Below are positions 1 through 8,747 of a stretch of DNA of 64,000 nucleotides, in pieces. The stretch is from contig CAWCSP010000004.1 of the NCBI GenBank assembly GCA_963798215.1, positions 134,751 to 198,750 on the forward strand. Direction: 5' to 3'. The stretch comes from an uncultured Acidobacteriota bacterium (lineage in GTDB: Bacteria > Acidobacteriota > Thermoanaerobaculia > UBA5066). The notes beneath the pieces are model-generated. The model saw only the letters and a program-made list of their open reading frames with translations. It ran no database searches and was not told the origin of the DNA. Numbering within the stretch: the stretch's first letter is position 1; each line of letters opens with the position of its first letter. Both the position numbers and the translations under genes were made by a program.

Positions 1-63
1 CTTGAGGTCCGTCTTGTAGTCGTTCGGGACGAAGGCGGGCAGGGCGGGCGGTGCGGCGCTCAT
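1..63 (-). CDS. korB: 2-oxoacid:ferredoxin oxidoreductase beta subunit (KorB), N-terminal fragment; gene continues beyond the window start
   Basis: Reverse complement of 1-63 reads MSAAPPALPAFVPNDYKTDLK, the typical KorB N-terminus. Its ATG overlaps the korA stop in an ATGA at 60-63. Confidence 0.55.
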   Translation of the reverse strand, partial: MSAAPPALPAFVPNDYKTDLK

Positions 64-1826
64 GCGGCCCCCTTCTTCTGGCTTCCGGGTGCGAAGAACT
101 TCCGGATCTGGTCGTCGACCTCGGAGATCGTGAGGTTCTTGCCGCCGGACCTCTTGAAGATGATCGTGTCGTCGGGGAGCGTCGTGAACGTGCGCAGGTA
201 CTTGTAGAACTGCGCGGCGTACGAGATCTCGATCACGAGGAGCTGCTTGACGCTCCTCTTGAACTCCTCGAACGCCTTCACCGGGAACGGAAAGATCATT
301 TCCGGGATGAACGCGGCCACCTTCTCGCCTCGCGCCTCGGCCATCAGGACCGCTTCCTTGACGGCGCCCTTGGACGAGCCCCAGCAGACGATGCCGAGGT
401 CGGCCTTCTCGGGGCCGTAGCGGCGCACGCGCTGGTATTTGTCGCGGATCGGCTTGAGCTTGCGGTACCGCTTCGCGTTCATCTTCTCGTGCACGATGTG
501 CATCGAGGCGGGACGGCCCAATTCGTCGTGCTCGAGGCCGTTCGTCTGGTAGATGCCGCCCTTCAGGCCCGGAACGCTCATCGGGGAGGTGCCCTCGGGC
601 GTGTCCTTGTAGCGCTGGTAATCCTCGAGCTCGGCGGGCGTCGGGACCGCGCGGTCGATGACCTTGTGAACGAGGCGCGCCGGGTCGAGCGTCTCGCGGC
701 GCTGGCCGACGGACTGGTCCGTCAGGACGATGACCGGGACCTGGAACTCCTCGGCGATGTTGAAGGCCTCGACGGTCGCGTGAAAGCAGTCCTCGACGTC
801 GGAGGCCGCGATCACGACGCGCGGCACGTCGCCGTGGCCCGCGAACACGGCCTGCCAGAGGTCGCCCTGCTCGCTCTTGGTCGGGAGGCCGGTCGACGGG
901 CCGCCGCGCTGGACGTCCACGATCACGCAGGGGACCTCGGCCATCGACGCGAGGCCGATCATCTCGGTCATGAGCGACAGGCCCGGGCCGGACGTCGCCG
1001 TCATGGACTTCACGCCGGCGAAAGACGCGCCGACGACGGCGCCGATCGCCGCGAGCTCGTCCTCGGTCTGGACGACGGAGCCGCCCATTCTCGGGAGCCA
1101 CTCCTCGACGAACTGGAGGACCTCGGTCGAGGGCGTGATCGGGTAGCCCGCGAAGAACCGGCAGCCCGCGTGGAGCGCGCCGAGCGCGGACGCCTCGTTG
1201 CCCGACATGAGGAGCTTCGAGGGGCCGGGCGTGAACGCGATGCCGCGGTCCTTCAGGGTCGCGAGCGTCGCGCCGTGGACCATGCCGGCGTCGAACGCCT
1301 TGAGGGCGAGCTCGCCGACGGCCGCCTTCTTGCGGCCGAACCGCTTCACCACGGCGCGGCGGATCGTCTCCTGGCGGAGTCCGAAGAGCGCCGTGAGGAC
1401 GCCGAGTCCGACGACGTTCTTCGAGCCCTTCGCGCCCGCGTCGCCCGCGAGCTTCGCGAAAGGCACGGAAAGGAAGTGCGCGTTCGGGCCGAGCCCGAGG
1501 TCTTCCTTCGTGCGAAGGACGGCGTCGGCCTCGTCGAAGAGGACGACCGCGTCGGCGGCGGGAAGGACCTCCCCCTTGAACCGGCCGAAGTCGGCCCAGG
1601 AGAAGACGACGAGGACGTCGACGGCGTCCCCCTGTTCATAGATCGCGTCCGGGCTCAGTCGCACCACGCACGAGGATTCGCCGCCCCGGATCTGGGGTCC
1701 GTACGCCTCGGTCTTGATGACGTTGAGTCCGTCGCGTGCGCCGGCCTGGGACAGGATGTCGCCCATGGTGACGATCCCGTCGCCGCCGGCCCCGACCATC
1801 GCGATGGTGAGATCACGTCTCGACAT
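60..1826 (-). CDS. korA: 2-oxoglutarate/2-oxoacid:ferredoxin oxidoreductase alpha subunit with fused N-terminal gamma domain (KorA)
   Basis: 588-aa ORF with TPP/PFOR-like motifs (IAMVGAGGDGIVTMG, GYPITPSTE, GPGLSLMTE). Directly followed on the same strand by korB. Confidence 0.85.
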   Translation of the reverse strand: MSRRDLTIAMVGAGGDGIVTMGDILSQAGARDGLNVIKTEAYGPQIRGGESSCVVRLSPDAIYEQGDAVDVLVVFSWADFGRFKGEVLPAADAVVLFDEADAVLRTKEDLGLGPNAHFLSVPFAKLAGDAGAKGSKNVVGLGVLTALFGLRQETIRRAVVKRFGRKKAAVGELALKAFDAGMVHGATLATLKDRGIAFTPGPSKLLMSGNEASALGALHAGCRFFAGYPITPSTEVLQFVEEWLPRMGGSVVQTEDELAAIGAVVGASFAGVKSMTATSGPGLSLMTEMIGLASMAEVPCVIVDVQRGGPSTGLPTKSEQGDLWQAVFAGHGDVPRVVIAASDVEDCFHATVEAFNIAEEFQVPVIVLTDQSVGQRRETLDPARLVHKVIDRAVPTPAELEDYQRYKDTPEGTSPMSVPGLKGGIYQTNGLEHDELGRPASMHIVHEKMNAKRYRKLKPIRDKYQRVRRYGPEKADLGIVCWGSSKGAVKEAVLMAEARGEKVAAFIPEMIFPFPVKAFEEFKRSVKQLLVIEISYAAQFYKYLRTFTTLPDDTIIFKRSGGKNLTISEVDDQIRKFFAPGSQKKGAA

Positions 1827-1912
1827 GGCGCACAGGGTCTCTCGCGCGCCGCCCGCCGTCCATGATGCGAACGGATCATAGGGTCCCGAGACGCAGTCTC
1901 AGATGAAGCGGA

Positions 1913-2689
1913 TCAGCCCGAAATGAGGCGCGCGAGCGCGTAGGCGGCGCCGGAGGCGAGCGCGCCGACGAGGACGGTCCGCAGGGCCTCGGCGGCCGCC
2001 GGCCGGCCCGTGAGGCGCCCCTTGAAGGCCCCGAAGACGGCGAGAGCGGCGAGGGTCACGGCGACGGAGGCCGCGAGGGCCGTCGTGATCGCGACGGGGA
2101 AGAGGTACGGCGCGAGCGGGATCGCCCCGCCCGCGACGTACGAGCCGCCGATCGTGAGGGCCGAGACGCGCGCCCGCCTCGGGTCGGGCTCGGAAAGGTG
2201 CAGCTCCTCGCGCATCATGAACTCGACCCAGCGGTCGCGGTCCGAACAGACGGCGTCGGCCGCCTTCTCGAGGACGTCGTCCTCGAGGCCCCAGCCCTTG
2301 AAGACTTTGCGGACCTCTTCCTTCTCCTCGGCCGGGACCTCCTCGACCTCCTCGTGCTCGCGGCGCAGCTCCGAACGCCAGGTGTCCGACTCGCTCTTGG
2401 CGGCGAGGTAGCCACCGAGGCCCATCGCGATCGCGCCGGCCGCGAGCTCGGCGACGCCCGCGATGAGGACGACGCGCGAGCTCGCGACGGCCCCCGAGAG
2501 CCCCGCCGCGAGGGCGAACGGGACCGTGAGGCCGTCGGACATCCCGAGGACAACGTCGCGGACGGTCTCGGAGCCCTCGAAATGCGTCTCGACGTGGTGG
2601 TGACGCGGGCGGCCGCGCGAGATGCCCTTCGCGTGCGGCGGCGCCTGCGGCGTGTGCGGCCGGGCCTTCTCCGCCTCGAGCGCGCTCAC
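1913..2689 (-). CDS. VIT1/CCC1-family iron/manganese transporter
   Basis: 258 aa with an N-terminal cytoplasmic region, an acidic EEVEEVPAEEKEE stretch, and C-terminal hydrophobic helices typical of the VIT family. Confidence 0.7.
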   Translation of the reverse strand: MSALEAEKARPHTPQAPPHAKGISRGRPRHHHVETHFEGSETVRDVVLGMSDGLTVPFALAAGLSGAVASSRVVLIAGVAELAAGAIAMGLGGYLAAKSESDTWRSELRREHEEVEEVPAEEKEEVRKVFKGWGLEDDVLEKAADAVCSDRDRWVEFMMREELHLSEPDPRRARVSALTIGGSYVAGGAIPLAPYLFPVAITTALAASVAVTLAALAVFGAFKGRLTGRPAAAEALRTVLVGALASGAAYALARLISG

Positions 2690-3396
2690 GGGTTCGTCTG
2701 CCAGATCTCGAGCCCCTTCACGAGGGCCCGGTCGTCCATCTTGACGAGGGCCACGATGCCCGCGGCGACGTCCTCGGGCTGGATCGCCTTTTTCTCGTCG
2801 AACGTCATCCCCGCCTTCTTGACGAGGTCCGTCGCGACCGTCGACGGGTAGACGACGGACACGCGCACGTCCGACGTGCGGGCTTCGTACATCATCGCCT
2901 CCGAGAGGCCCACGAGGCCGAACTTCGACGCGCAGTACGCGCCGCCGCCCGCGAAGCCGCGGCGCCCGGCGGTGGAGGCGACGTTCACGATGTGCCCGCG
3001 CCGGCGCGATTTCATCCCGGGCAGGACGGCGCGCGACATGAGGAACGGACCGCGGAGGTTCACGGCGATCACGCGGTCGAAGACGAGCGTGTCCATCTTC
3101 TCGACGGGCGCGGTCACGAAGACGCCGGCGTTGTTCACGAGGACGTCGACCACTCCGAGCTGCTGCTCCGCCGCCGCGACGACGCGCGAGACGACGCCCT
3201 CGTCGGAAACGTCGCCCGGCAGGACCGCGGACACCGCGTCGAGCTCCTTGAGCTCCCGGCCGACGTCGACGAGGTTCTTCTTCGTGCGCCCGACCAGGGC
3301 GACCTTCGCCCCCTCGCGGCCGAACGCGAGCGCGACGGCCCGGCCGATCCCGCGCCCGGCGCCCGTGACGAGGACGACCCGGCCTTTCACGTCCAT
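2686..3396 (-). CDS. SDR-family NAD(P)-dependent oxidoreductase
   Basis: True start at MDVKGRVVLVTGAGRGIGRAV (the TGxxxGIG Rossmann motif). NNAG and the YxxxK catalytic motif (YCASK) are present. The ORF-track N-terminal extension is Arg-rich junk. Confidence 0.8.
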   Translation of the reverse strand: MDVKGRVVLVTGAGRGIGRAVALAFGREGAKVALVGRTKKNLVDVGRELKELDAVSAVLPGDVSDEGVVSRVVAAAEQQLGVVDVLVNNAGVFVTAPVEKMDTLVFDRVIAVNLRGPFLMSRAVLPGMKSRRRGHIVNVASTAGRRGFAGGGAYCASKFGLVGLSEAMMYEARTSDVRVSVVYPSTVATDLVKKAGMTFDEKKAIQPEDVAAGIVALVKMDDRALVKGLEIWQTNP

Positions 3397-3481
3397 GCGC
3401 GTCCTCCCGGCTGGAATTCTAGGCCCGGCGTCGCAAGGTGGCGTTGCGGCACGATCCCGCCTGCTACGCTGGCCGGCCCCG

Positions 3482-4792
3482 ATGGCCGACGCGACGCCCC
3501 GCCCCGATCCGCCGCGTTTCGACCCGGCGCGCCGGCGGGCCGTGACGTTCGCTCTCGTCCTCGTGACGTCGCTCTCGTCCTTTGAGTCGACCGTGGTCAC
3601 GACGGCGATGCCGACGATCATCGGCGACCTGCACGGTCTGCCTCTCTATTCATGGGTCTTCTCGGTTTACCTCTTCGGGTCGACGATCACGATGCCGGTG
3701 TACGGGAGGCTCGCGGACGTGCACGGCCGGCGCCGGATGATGCTGCTCGCGATCGCGCTGTTCGCGGGAAGCTCCTCCCTGTGCGCGTTCGCCCGGACGA
3801 TGCCGCAGCTCATCGCCGCGCGCGGCCTGCAGGGTCTCGGCGCGGGCGGCCTCATCCCCCTCGCGCTCACCGTCTCGGGCGATCTGTACTCGATCGAGGA
3901 GCGCGCCCGGATCCAGGGCCTCTTCAGCTCGATCTGGGGCGTCTCGAGCCTGCTCGGTCCGCTCGCGGGCGCGTTCCTTACAGTGACGCTCGGCTGGCGC
4001 TCGATCTTCCTCCTGAACCTGCCACTCGGCCTCCTCGCGGCCTTGATCGTCGCGACGCGGATGATCGAATCCGTCGGAGCGGCGCGCCCCCCGCTGGGTG
4101 CGACCGGGCTCGTCTCTCTCCTCCGGCGGCGCGCGACGGCGTATCCGTACGCCTCGGCGGCTCTCATGGGAATCGCCCTTTACGGCGTCTCGACGTACGT
4201 CCCGCTCTACGTGCAGGGCGCGCGCGGCGGCACCGCGGGCTCCGCCGGCGCGGTCGTGACGCCGCTCATCCTCTTCTGGGCGCTGTCGGCGACGGCCGGC
4301 GGGCGGCTCATCCTCCACACCGGGTTCCGGCGGTCGGCGGTCCTCGGGGCGGGCCTCCTCGTTCTCGGCTTCGCCGGGCTCCTCGCGGCGGCGGCGCTCG
4401 ACGCGCCGACCGCCTGGATCAGCGTGGCGTGCGCCGTCGTGGGATGCGGGCTCGGCCCGACCGCGCTCGCTCAGCTCCTCGCCGTCCAGGAGGACGCGCC
4501 CGCGGAGCAGCGCGGCGTCGCCACGAGCCTCGTGCCCTTCTTCCGCACGGTCGGCGGCTCGCTCGGCGTCGCCGCCATGGGCGGCGTCCTCGCGGCGGGC
4601 CTGAGGTCGCGTCTCGGGTCGTCGCTCGAGTCCGCGAGCCGCGCCCTGTCGGGCGAGATCCCCGCGCCGCCGCTCTTCCGGCTCGCTCTGGAGCATTCGC
4701 TCCTGCCGGTGTTCGGAACGCTCCTCGCGGCCGCCGCCCTCGCGGTCTTCGCGGCGGCGCGGTTTCCGGCCGGACGCCACCGGCCCGGCTGA
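3482..4792 (+). CDS. MFS transporter (DHA2/EmrB-like, ~12-14 TM)
   Basis: Start at MADATPRPD. MFS signature present (GRLADVHGRRRMMLLAIALF), followed by a run of TM helices. The upstream 200 aa of the track ORF is non-protein-like. Confidence 0.75.
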   Translation: MADATPRPDPPRFDPARRRAVTFALVLVTSLSSFESTVVTTAMPTIIGDLHGLPLYSWVFSVYLFGSTITMPVYGRLADVHGRRRMMLLAIALFAGSSSLCAFARTMPQLIAARGLQGLGAGGLIPLALTVSGDLYSIEERARIQGLFSSIWGVSSLLGPLAGAFLTVTLGWRSIFLLNLPLGLLAALIVATRMIESVGAARPPLGATGLVSLLRRRATAYPYASAALMGIALYGVSTYVPLYVQGARGGTAGSAGAVVTPLILFWALSATAGGRLILHTGFRRSAVLGAGLLVLGFAGLLAAAALDAPTAWISVACAVVGCGLGPTALAQLLAVQEDAPAEQRGVATSLVPFFRTVGGSLGVAAMGGVLAAGLRSRLGSSLESASRALSGEIPAPPLFRLALEHSLLPVFGTLLAAAALAVFAAARFPAGRHRPG

Positions 4793-4847
4793 GACGTCGT
4801 CGCGCGTTGCTCGCGGGCCGCCATCTGGGCGAAGATCAGCGGCTCTC

Positions 4848-6566
4848 GTGACACGTTTTCCGCGACGCGCCTTGCTTGCCCTCTCGGCGTGCCTCGCCGC
4901 CTTTCCGGCCGCGGGCGTGGAGCCCCTCCGCGTGACGTCACTCCGCGCGAGCCTCGCCCCCGCGGCGGAGTTCGCCCTCGGCGACCCGGCGGGCGGAGTC
5001 ACGACGGCCGAGTCCCTCGGGTTCCGCCGGATCGCGGTTCCGTCCACGTGGCAGGGGGCCGGCTTCCCGGGGCACGGCGTCGGCTGGTACCGCTTCCGGT
5101 TCACGCTCGAGCCCGACGTCGCCGCGATGCCTCTCGCGTTCATCTGCGCGCAGATCCGGGACGCCGACGAGGTGTTCCTCGACGGCGAGCGCGTCGGCGG
5201 CACCGGCGGGTTCCCGCCCGCATACGACAAGGGGACGCTCGTCCAGCGCCTCTACGAGCTCCCGGCCGTTCTCACGACCCGCCCGGGCGTCCACACGCTC
5301 CTCGTCAGGGTCTACAACGCCGGGCCGCGCGGCGGCGGGATCACCCGGACGCCTTGGCTCGACGGCGTGACCGCGGCGAACCGGACGCGCGTCCTCCACG
5401 AGGCCCCGCTCGCACTCGTGGCCGCCGCGATCTTCTCCCTCGGGCTCTTTGCCCTCTTCGTCTTCGTGCGCGACCGTCGGCAGACCGAGTTCCTCGTCTT
5501 CTTCCTCTTCACGGTCGGCGTCGCCGTCTATCTCGGGACGGGAATCGCCGTGTGGTCGCTCATCGGGATGCCGCTCTCGCCGATCTTCCGCCTGAACCTC
5601 GCGCTCGCGATCTCGATTCCGGCGCTCCTCGCGCTCTTCTTCTACCGTTTCTACCTCTCGCGTCCGCCGCACTGGATCCGGGCCGTCCTCGCCGTAGAAG
5701 GCGCGTGCGCCGTCCTGTGCCTCGCCTGGCCGCGCGTGGACGACCTCTACCGGCTCCTGCCGGTGGGCTACGCCGCGATCGCGGTCGTCTGCGGACACGT
5801 CGCGGTGCTCCTCGTCGCGAAGTGGCGCCGGGGCGTCTCGTACGCACGGCCCGTTTTCGCGGGCTTTCTCGTCGTGTTCGCCGCGACGCTGCATGACATC
5901 GTGCAGGACCTTGCCCCCATTCCCGAGCCGTACCACCTGCAGCTCGTCGGGCCCGCGTTTCTCGTCTTCGCGGTGATCTTCCTGTCGGTGGTCGCGGACC
6001 GCATGGCACGCCTGAGGGTGGCGGCCGCGACGGACCCGCTCACGGGGCTGCCGAACCGCGTGGGCCTCTTCGACCGTATCGCGCTCGAGCTCGCGCGCAC
6101 GAAACGCTCGGGACGCCCGGTGGCGGCGGCCGTGCTCGACCTCGACCGCTTCAAGGAGTTCAACGACCGCCAGGGCCACCTCGCCGGAGACCGCCTCCTG
6201 ATCGGGGTCGGCGAGGTGCTCACGAGCGTCCTGCGCGCCACCGACCTCGCGGTGCGGTTCGGCGGGGAGGAGTTCGTCGTCCTGCTGCCCGAGATCGGTC
6301 GCGAGGAGGCCGTCGCCTGCTCCGAGCGCATCCGGCTCGCGGTCTCGAACGTGCGCGTGCCGGGCGCCGACGCGTGCGTCACGGCCTCGATCGGCCTCGC
6401 GGTGCACGACCCGCAGGAGGGCCCGCCGCCCAGCGCGGCCGCCCTCCTCCGCGAGGCCGACGCGGCGCTCTACCGCGCCAAGGCCCTTGGGCGGGACCGC
6501 GTGTGCACCGCGGAAGGTCCGGTCGCCGGGGAGCGGTTGCGCGCCATCAGCGGCGACTCGGGGTGA
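4848..6566 (+). CDS. Diguanylate cyclase with N-terminal 7TMR-DISM extracellular and 7TM domains (GGDEF)
   Basis: Signal peptide, then a beta-sandwich sensor region (WYRFRF...FLDGERVG), seven predicted TM helices, and a GGDEF domain with the active-site GGEEF motif (RFGGEEFVVLL). Confidence 0.8.
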   Translation: MTRFPRRALLALSACLAAFPAAGVEPLRVTSLRASLAPAAEFALGDPAGGVTTAESLGFRRIAVPSTWQGAGFPGHGVGWYRFRFTLEPDVAAMPLAFICAQIRDADEVFLDGERVGGTGGFPPAYDKGTLVQRLYELPAVLTTRPGVHTLLVRVYNAGPRGGGITRTPWLDGVTAANRTRVLHEAPLALVAAAIFSLGLFALFVFVRDRRQTEFLVFFLFTVGVAVYLGTGIAVWSLIGMPLSPIFRLNLALAISIPALLALFFYRFYLSRPPHWIRAVLAVEGACAVLCLAWPRVDDLYRLLPVGYAAIAVVCGHVAVLLVAKWRRGVSYARPVFAGFLVVFAATLHDIVQDLAPIPEPYHLQLVGPAFLVFAVIFLSVVADRMARLRVAAATDPLTGLPNRVGLFDRIALELARTKRSGRPVAAAVLDLDRFKEFNDRQGHLAGDRLLIGVGEVLTSVLRATDLAVRFGGEEFVVLLPEIGREEAVACSERIRLAVSNVRVPGADACVTASIGLAVHDPQEGPPPSAAALLREADAALYRAKALGRDRVCTAEGPVAGERLRAISGDSG

Positions 6567-6591
6567 CAATAGCGCCGTGAAGGAGCCGACC

Positions 6592-7374
6592 ATGCGCCAC
6601 TCTCCGAGGTTCGCCGTCCTCTTCGCCGCGGCCGCGGTGCTCGCGTCGCCCTCTCGCGCGCAGACGTCGTCCGCCGGCCAGACCGTCGTCGTCCCGTCGC
6701 TGCCCGGCATGCCCAACCAGGAAGTGAAGATCGCGGGCCAGGAGCTCGCGAGCTATGACGCCGTCGGCCCGGAAGTTTCCTACACGGGCCGCGTCGTCCA
6801 GTGGGAGGAGGGCCGCTCGATCACGATGACGTTCGCGGACGGCCTCACGCGCGTGGTGCCCGTCGCCTCGAACATCATCTTTCCGCCGGACCTCCGGCCG
6901 GGCGGCCTCCTGACCGTCCTCGTGAGGCAGACGTCCGACGGGCGCTACAAGGTCACGGGCCTCTCGACGGCGGTGCCGCCGCCGGCGAACGCGCCGCCCA
7001 CGCCCGCGGCGAAAGCCGCGCCCGCGCCCGCCGCTGCGCCGGCCCCGGCGCCGGTCGCGATGCCGGAGCCGCCCCCCCCGGGTCCGAGGGGAAAGACGAT
7101 CGTCGGCGCCTCGTACCTCACGCTGCGCGGGACGATCAAGGCGATTGACAAGGAGACGGTGACGGTCGTCGATGCGAACGGGACCGAGCGCACCGCGAAG
7201 ATCGCCGAAAAGGCCGCCGTGGCCGAGGGGCTCGCGGCCGGAGACACGGTCGTCGTGAGGGTCCCCCTGCAGAAGCCGTTCGACGGAAGGACGGCGGACA
7301 AGGTCGAGCGGCCGAAGCCGCCGAAGACGCCGCCGCCCTCGAAGTTCAGCGAGGCCCAGTCCCCGAAGAACTGA
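6592..7374 (+). CDS. Secreted hypothetical protein, Pro/Ala-rich linker
   Basis: ATG at 6592 preceded by a GAAGGAG RBS. Signal peptide MRHSPRFAVLFAAAAVLASPSRAQ. PAPAAAPAPAP linker. The C-terminal domain resembles that of the next gene. Confidence 0.5.
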   Translation: MRHSPRFAVLFAAAAVLASPSRAQTSSAGQTVVVPSLPGMPNQEVKIAGQELASYDAVGPEVSYTGRVVQWEEGRSITMTFADGLTRVVPVASNIIFPPDLRPGGLLTVLVRQTSDGRYKVTGLSTAVPPPANAPPTPAAKAAPAPAAAPAPAPVAMPEPPPPGPRGKTIVGASYLTLRGTIKAIDKETVTVVDANGTERTAKIAEKAAVAEGLAAGDTVVVRVPLQKPFDGRTADKVERPKPPKTPPPSKFSEAQSPKN

Positions 7375-7961
7375 TGCCGCGAGGGCTCGTCCTTCCCGCG
7401 CTCTTCGTCGCGTGCGCTGCCGTCGCGCGGACGGCGGCGGCCCAGCCCACCGCGGTCCCGACGCCTGCGGGCGCCGGCGCGGTCACGCCGTCCGACCAGA
7501 AGGCCGTGAGACCCGCTCTTCCGGACGAGCGCGCGAACCCGACCCTCGACCTCGGGACCGGTTCGCAGGCGCCGGTGCCGCTCCCTGTGCCCCCCGCTTC
7601 CGCGACGCTCGTCCGGACGCCGGGCCCGGTCGAGGAACCCGGACGTTCCGAGCCCGACACGGGCGAAGCCCCCGCGGCGGCGGGCAGCGTCCACCGGAAG
7701 CCCGGCGTCGCGGGGCGCCCCGTGAGCGTCGCGAAGTCGCCGCCGCTCACAGTCGTCGCATATGAGCCCGGGAAGACGCTCACGCTGCGCCGCGCGGAGG
7801 GGACGACCCTCGCGTATCCCCTCGCGAAGAAGGCCGACGTGCCGAAGGGTCTCGCGCCCGGGCAGTTCGTGACGATCCGCACGCGGACCGAGCACGGGAA
7901 GAAGGTCGTCACGCGGGTGCGCGAGGCGAGCGACACGCCCGTTCTCACGAACGTGAACTGA
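7374..7961 (+). CDS. Secreted hypothetical protein, paralog of the upstream gene
   Basis: TGATG stop/start overlap with the upstream gene. Signal peptide present. The C-terminal ~70 aa (LTLRRAEGTTLAYPLAKKADVPKGLAPGQFVTIRTRTEHGKKVVTRV) parallels the upstream gene's VTVVDANGTERTAKIAEKAAVAEGLAAGDTVVVRV segment. Confidence 0.5.
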   Translation: MPRGLVLPALFVACAAVARTAAAQPTAVPTPAGAGAVTPSDQKAVRPALPDERANPTLDLGTGSQAPVPLPVPPASATLVRTPGPVEEPGRSEPDTGEAPAAAGSVHRKPGVAGRPVSVAKSPPLTVVAYEPGKTLTLRRAEGTTLAYPLAKKADVPKGLAPGQFVTIRTRTEHGKKVVTRVREASDTPVLTNVN

Positions 7962-7974
7962 GCGCGGCGCCCAC

Positions 7975-8664
7975 GTGATCCTGTTCGAGAACGAAGACGT
8001 CCTCGCGCTGGACAAGCCGCCGGGCGTCTCGATGGCGACGTCCTCGCGGCCGGGTTCGGCCCTGGAGGCCGTGCGCCGCCTCCTCGCGGCGTGCGGGGTC
8101 GCGGAACCGCAGCCGCTCCCGCTCCTCGTCCACCGGCTGGACGTCGGGACGAGCGGCGTCGTCCTTCTCGCGAAGAGCGACGCGGCTCACCGGGCGCTCT
8201 CTCGCGCCTTTCAGGAGCGGACGGCGAAGAAGACCTATCGCGCGCTCGTGTGGGGTCACCCCGTCCCGGTGCGCGGCACGATCGACCTCGCGCTCGCCCG
8301 CGACCCGAAGGACGGCCGGAAGATGCGCGTCGCGAAGGACGGGAAGCCCTCGGTCACGGCTTACGAGACGCTGATGCGTGTCCCCTCGCTCGCCGACATG
8401 AGGCTCTCGCCGGAGACGGGGAGGACGCACCAGATCCGTGTCCACCTCTCCGCGAAGGGGCACCCGATCGCCGGTGACGATTTCTACGGCGGCGCGACGC
8501 GCTGGCGAGGCATCCGCGACGCGGCGCTGCGCGCGGCGCTGCAGCGCCTCACGCACCCGCTCCTCCACGCCGAGCGGATCGTGATTCCGGAAATGGGAAT
8601 CGACGTGGACGCGCCTCTGCCGCCGGACTTCGAGGAGATCAGGAGGATTTGCTTAGAAAGGTGA
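7975..8664 (+). CDS. rluA: RluA-family 23S/tRNA pseudouridine synthase
   Basis: GTG start. Catalytic HRLDxxTSG motif (VHRLDVGTSGVVLLAK) and the TGRTHQIRVH motif. The 3' end (ICLER*) is encoded by the left arm of repeat copy A. Confidence 0.8.
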   Translation: MILFENEDVLALDKPPGVSMATSSRPGSALEAVRRLLAACGVAEPQPLPLLVHRLDVGTSGVVLLAKSDAAHRALSRAFQERTAKKTYRALVWGHPVPVRGTIDLALARDPKDGRKMRVAKDGKPSVTAYETLMRVPSLADMRLSPETGRTHQIRVHLSAKGHPIAGDDFYGGATRWRGIRDAALRAALQRLTHPLLHAERIVIPEMGIDVDAPLPPDFEEIRRICLER

Positions 8665-8700
8665 ATGAGAGAGGAGCCCTATTCACCTTCTAAGAAAAGC
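8647..8700. repeat. Palindromic MITE/REP-like element, copy A (54 bp, minimal form)
   Basis: Left arm ATTTGCTTAGAAAGGTGAAT and right arm ATTCACCTTCTAAGAAAAGC form a near-perfect inverted repeat around a 14-bp core. Lies between convergent rluA and lhr. Confidence 0.7.
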
Positions 8701-8747
8701 GGCGATGCCGGAGCGCGGGCGCCACGCGAAAAGCGACGCCCGCCCGA

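Noticed and set aside
3650-6716. Long minus-strand ORFs (3650-5230, 4938-6716) opposite the MFS and GGDEF genes
   Set aside because: Motif-free, R/E/G-rich antisense translations. The plus-strand genes carry clear MFS and GGDEF signatures.
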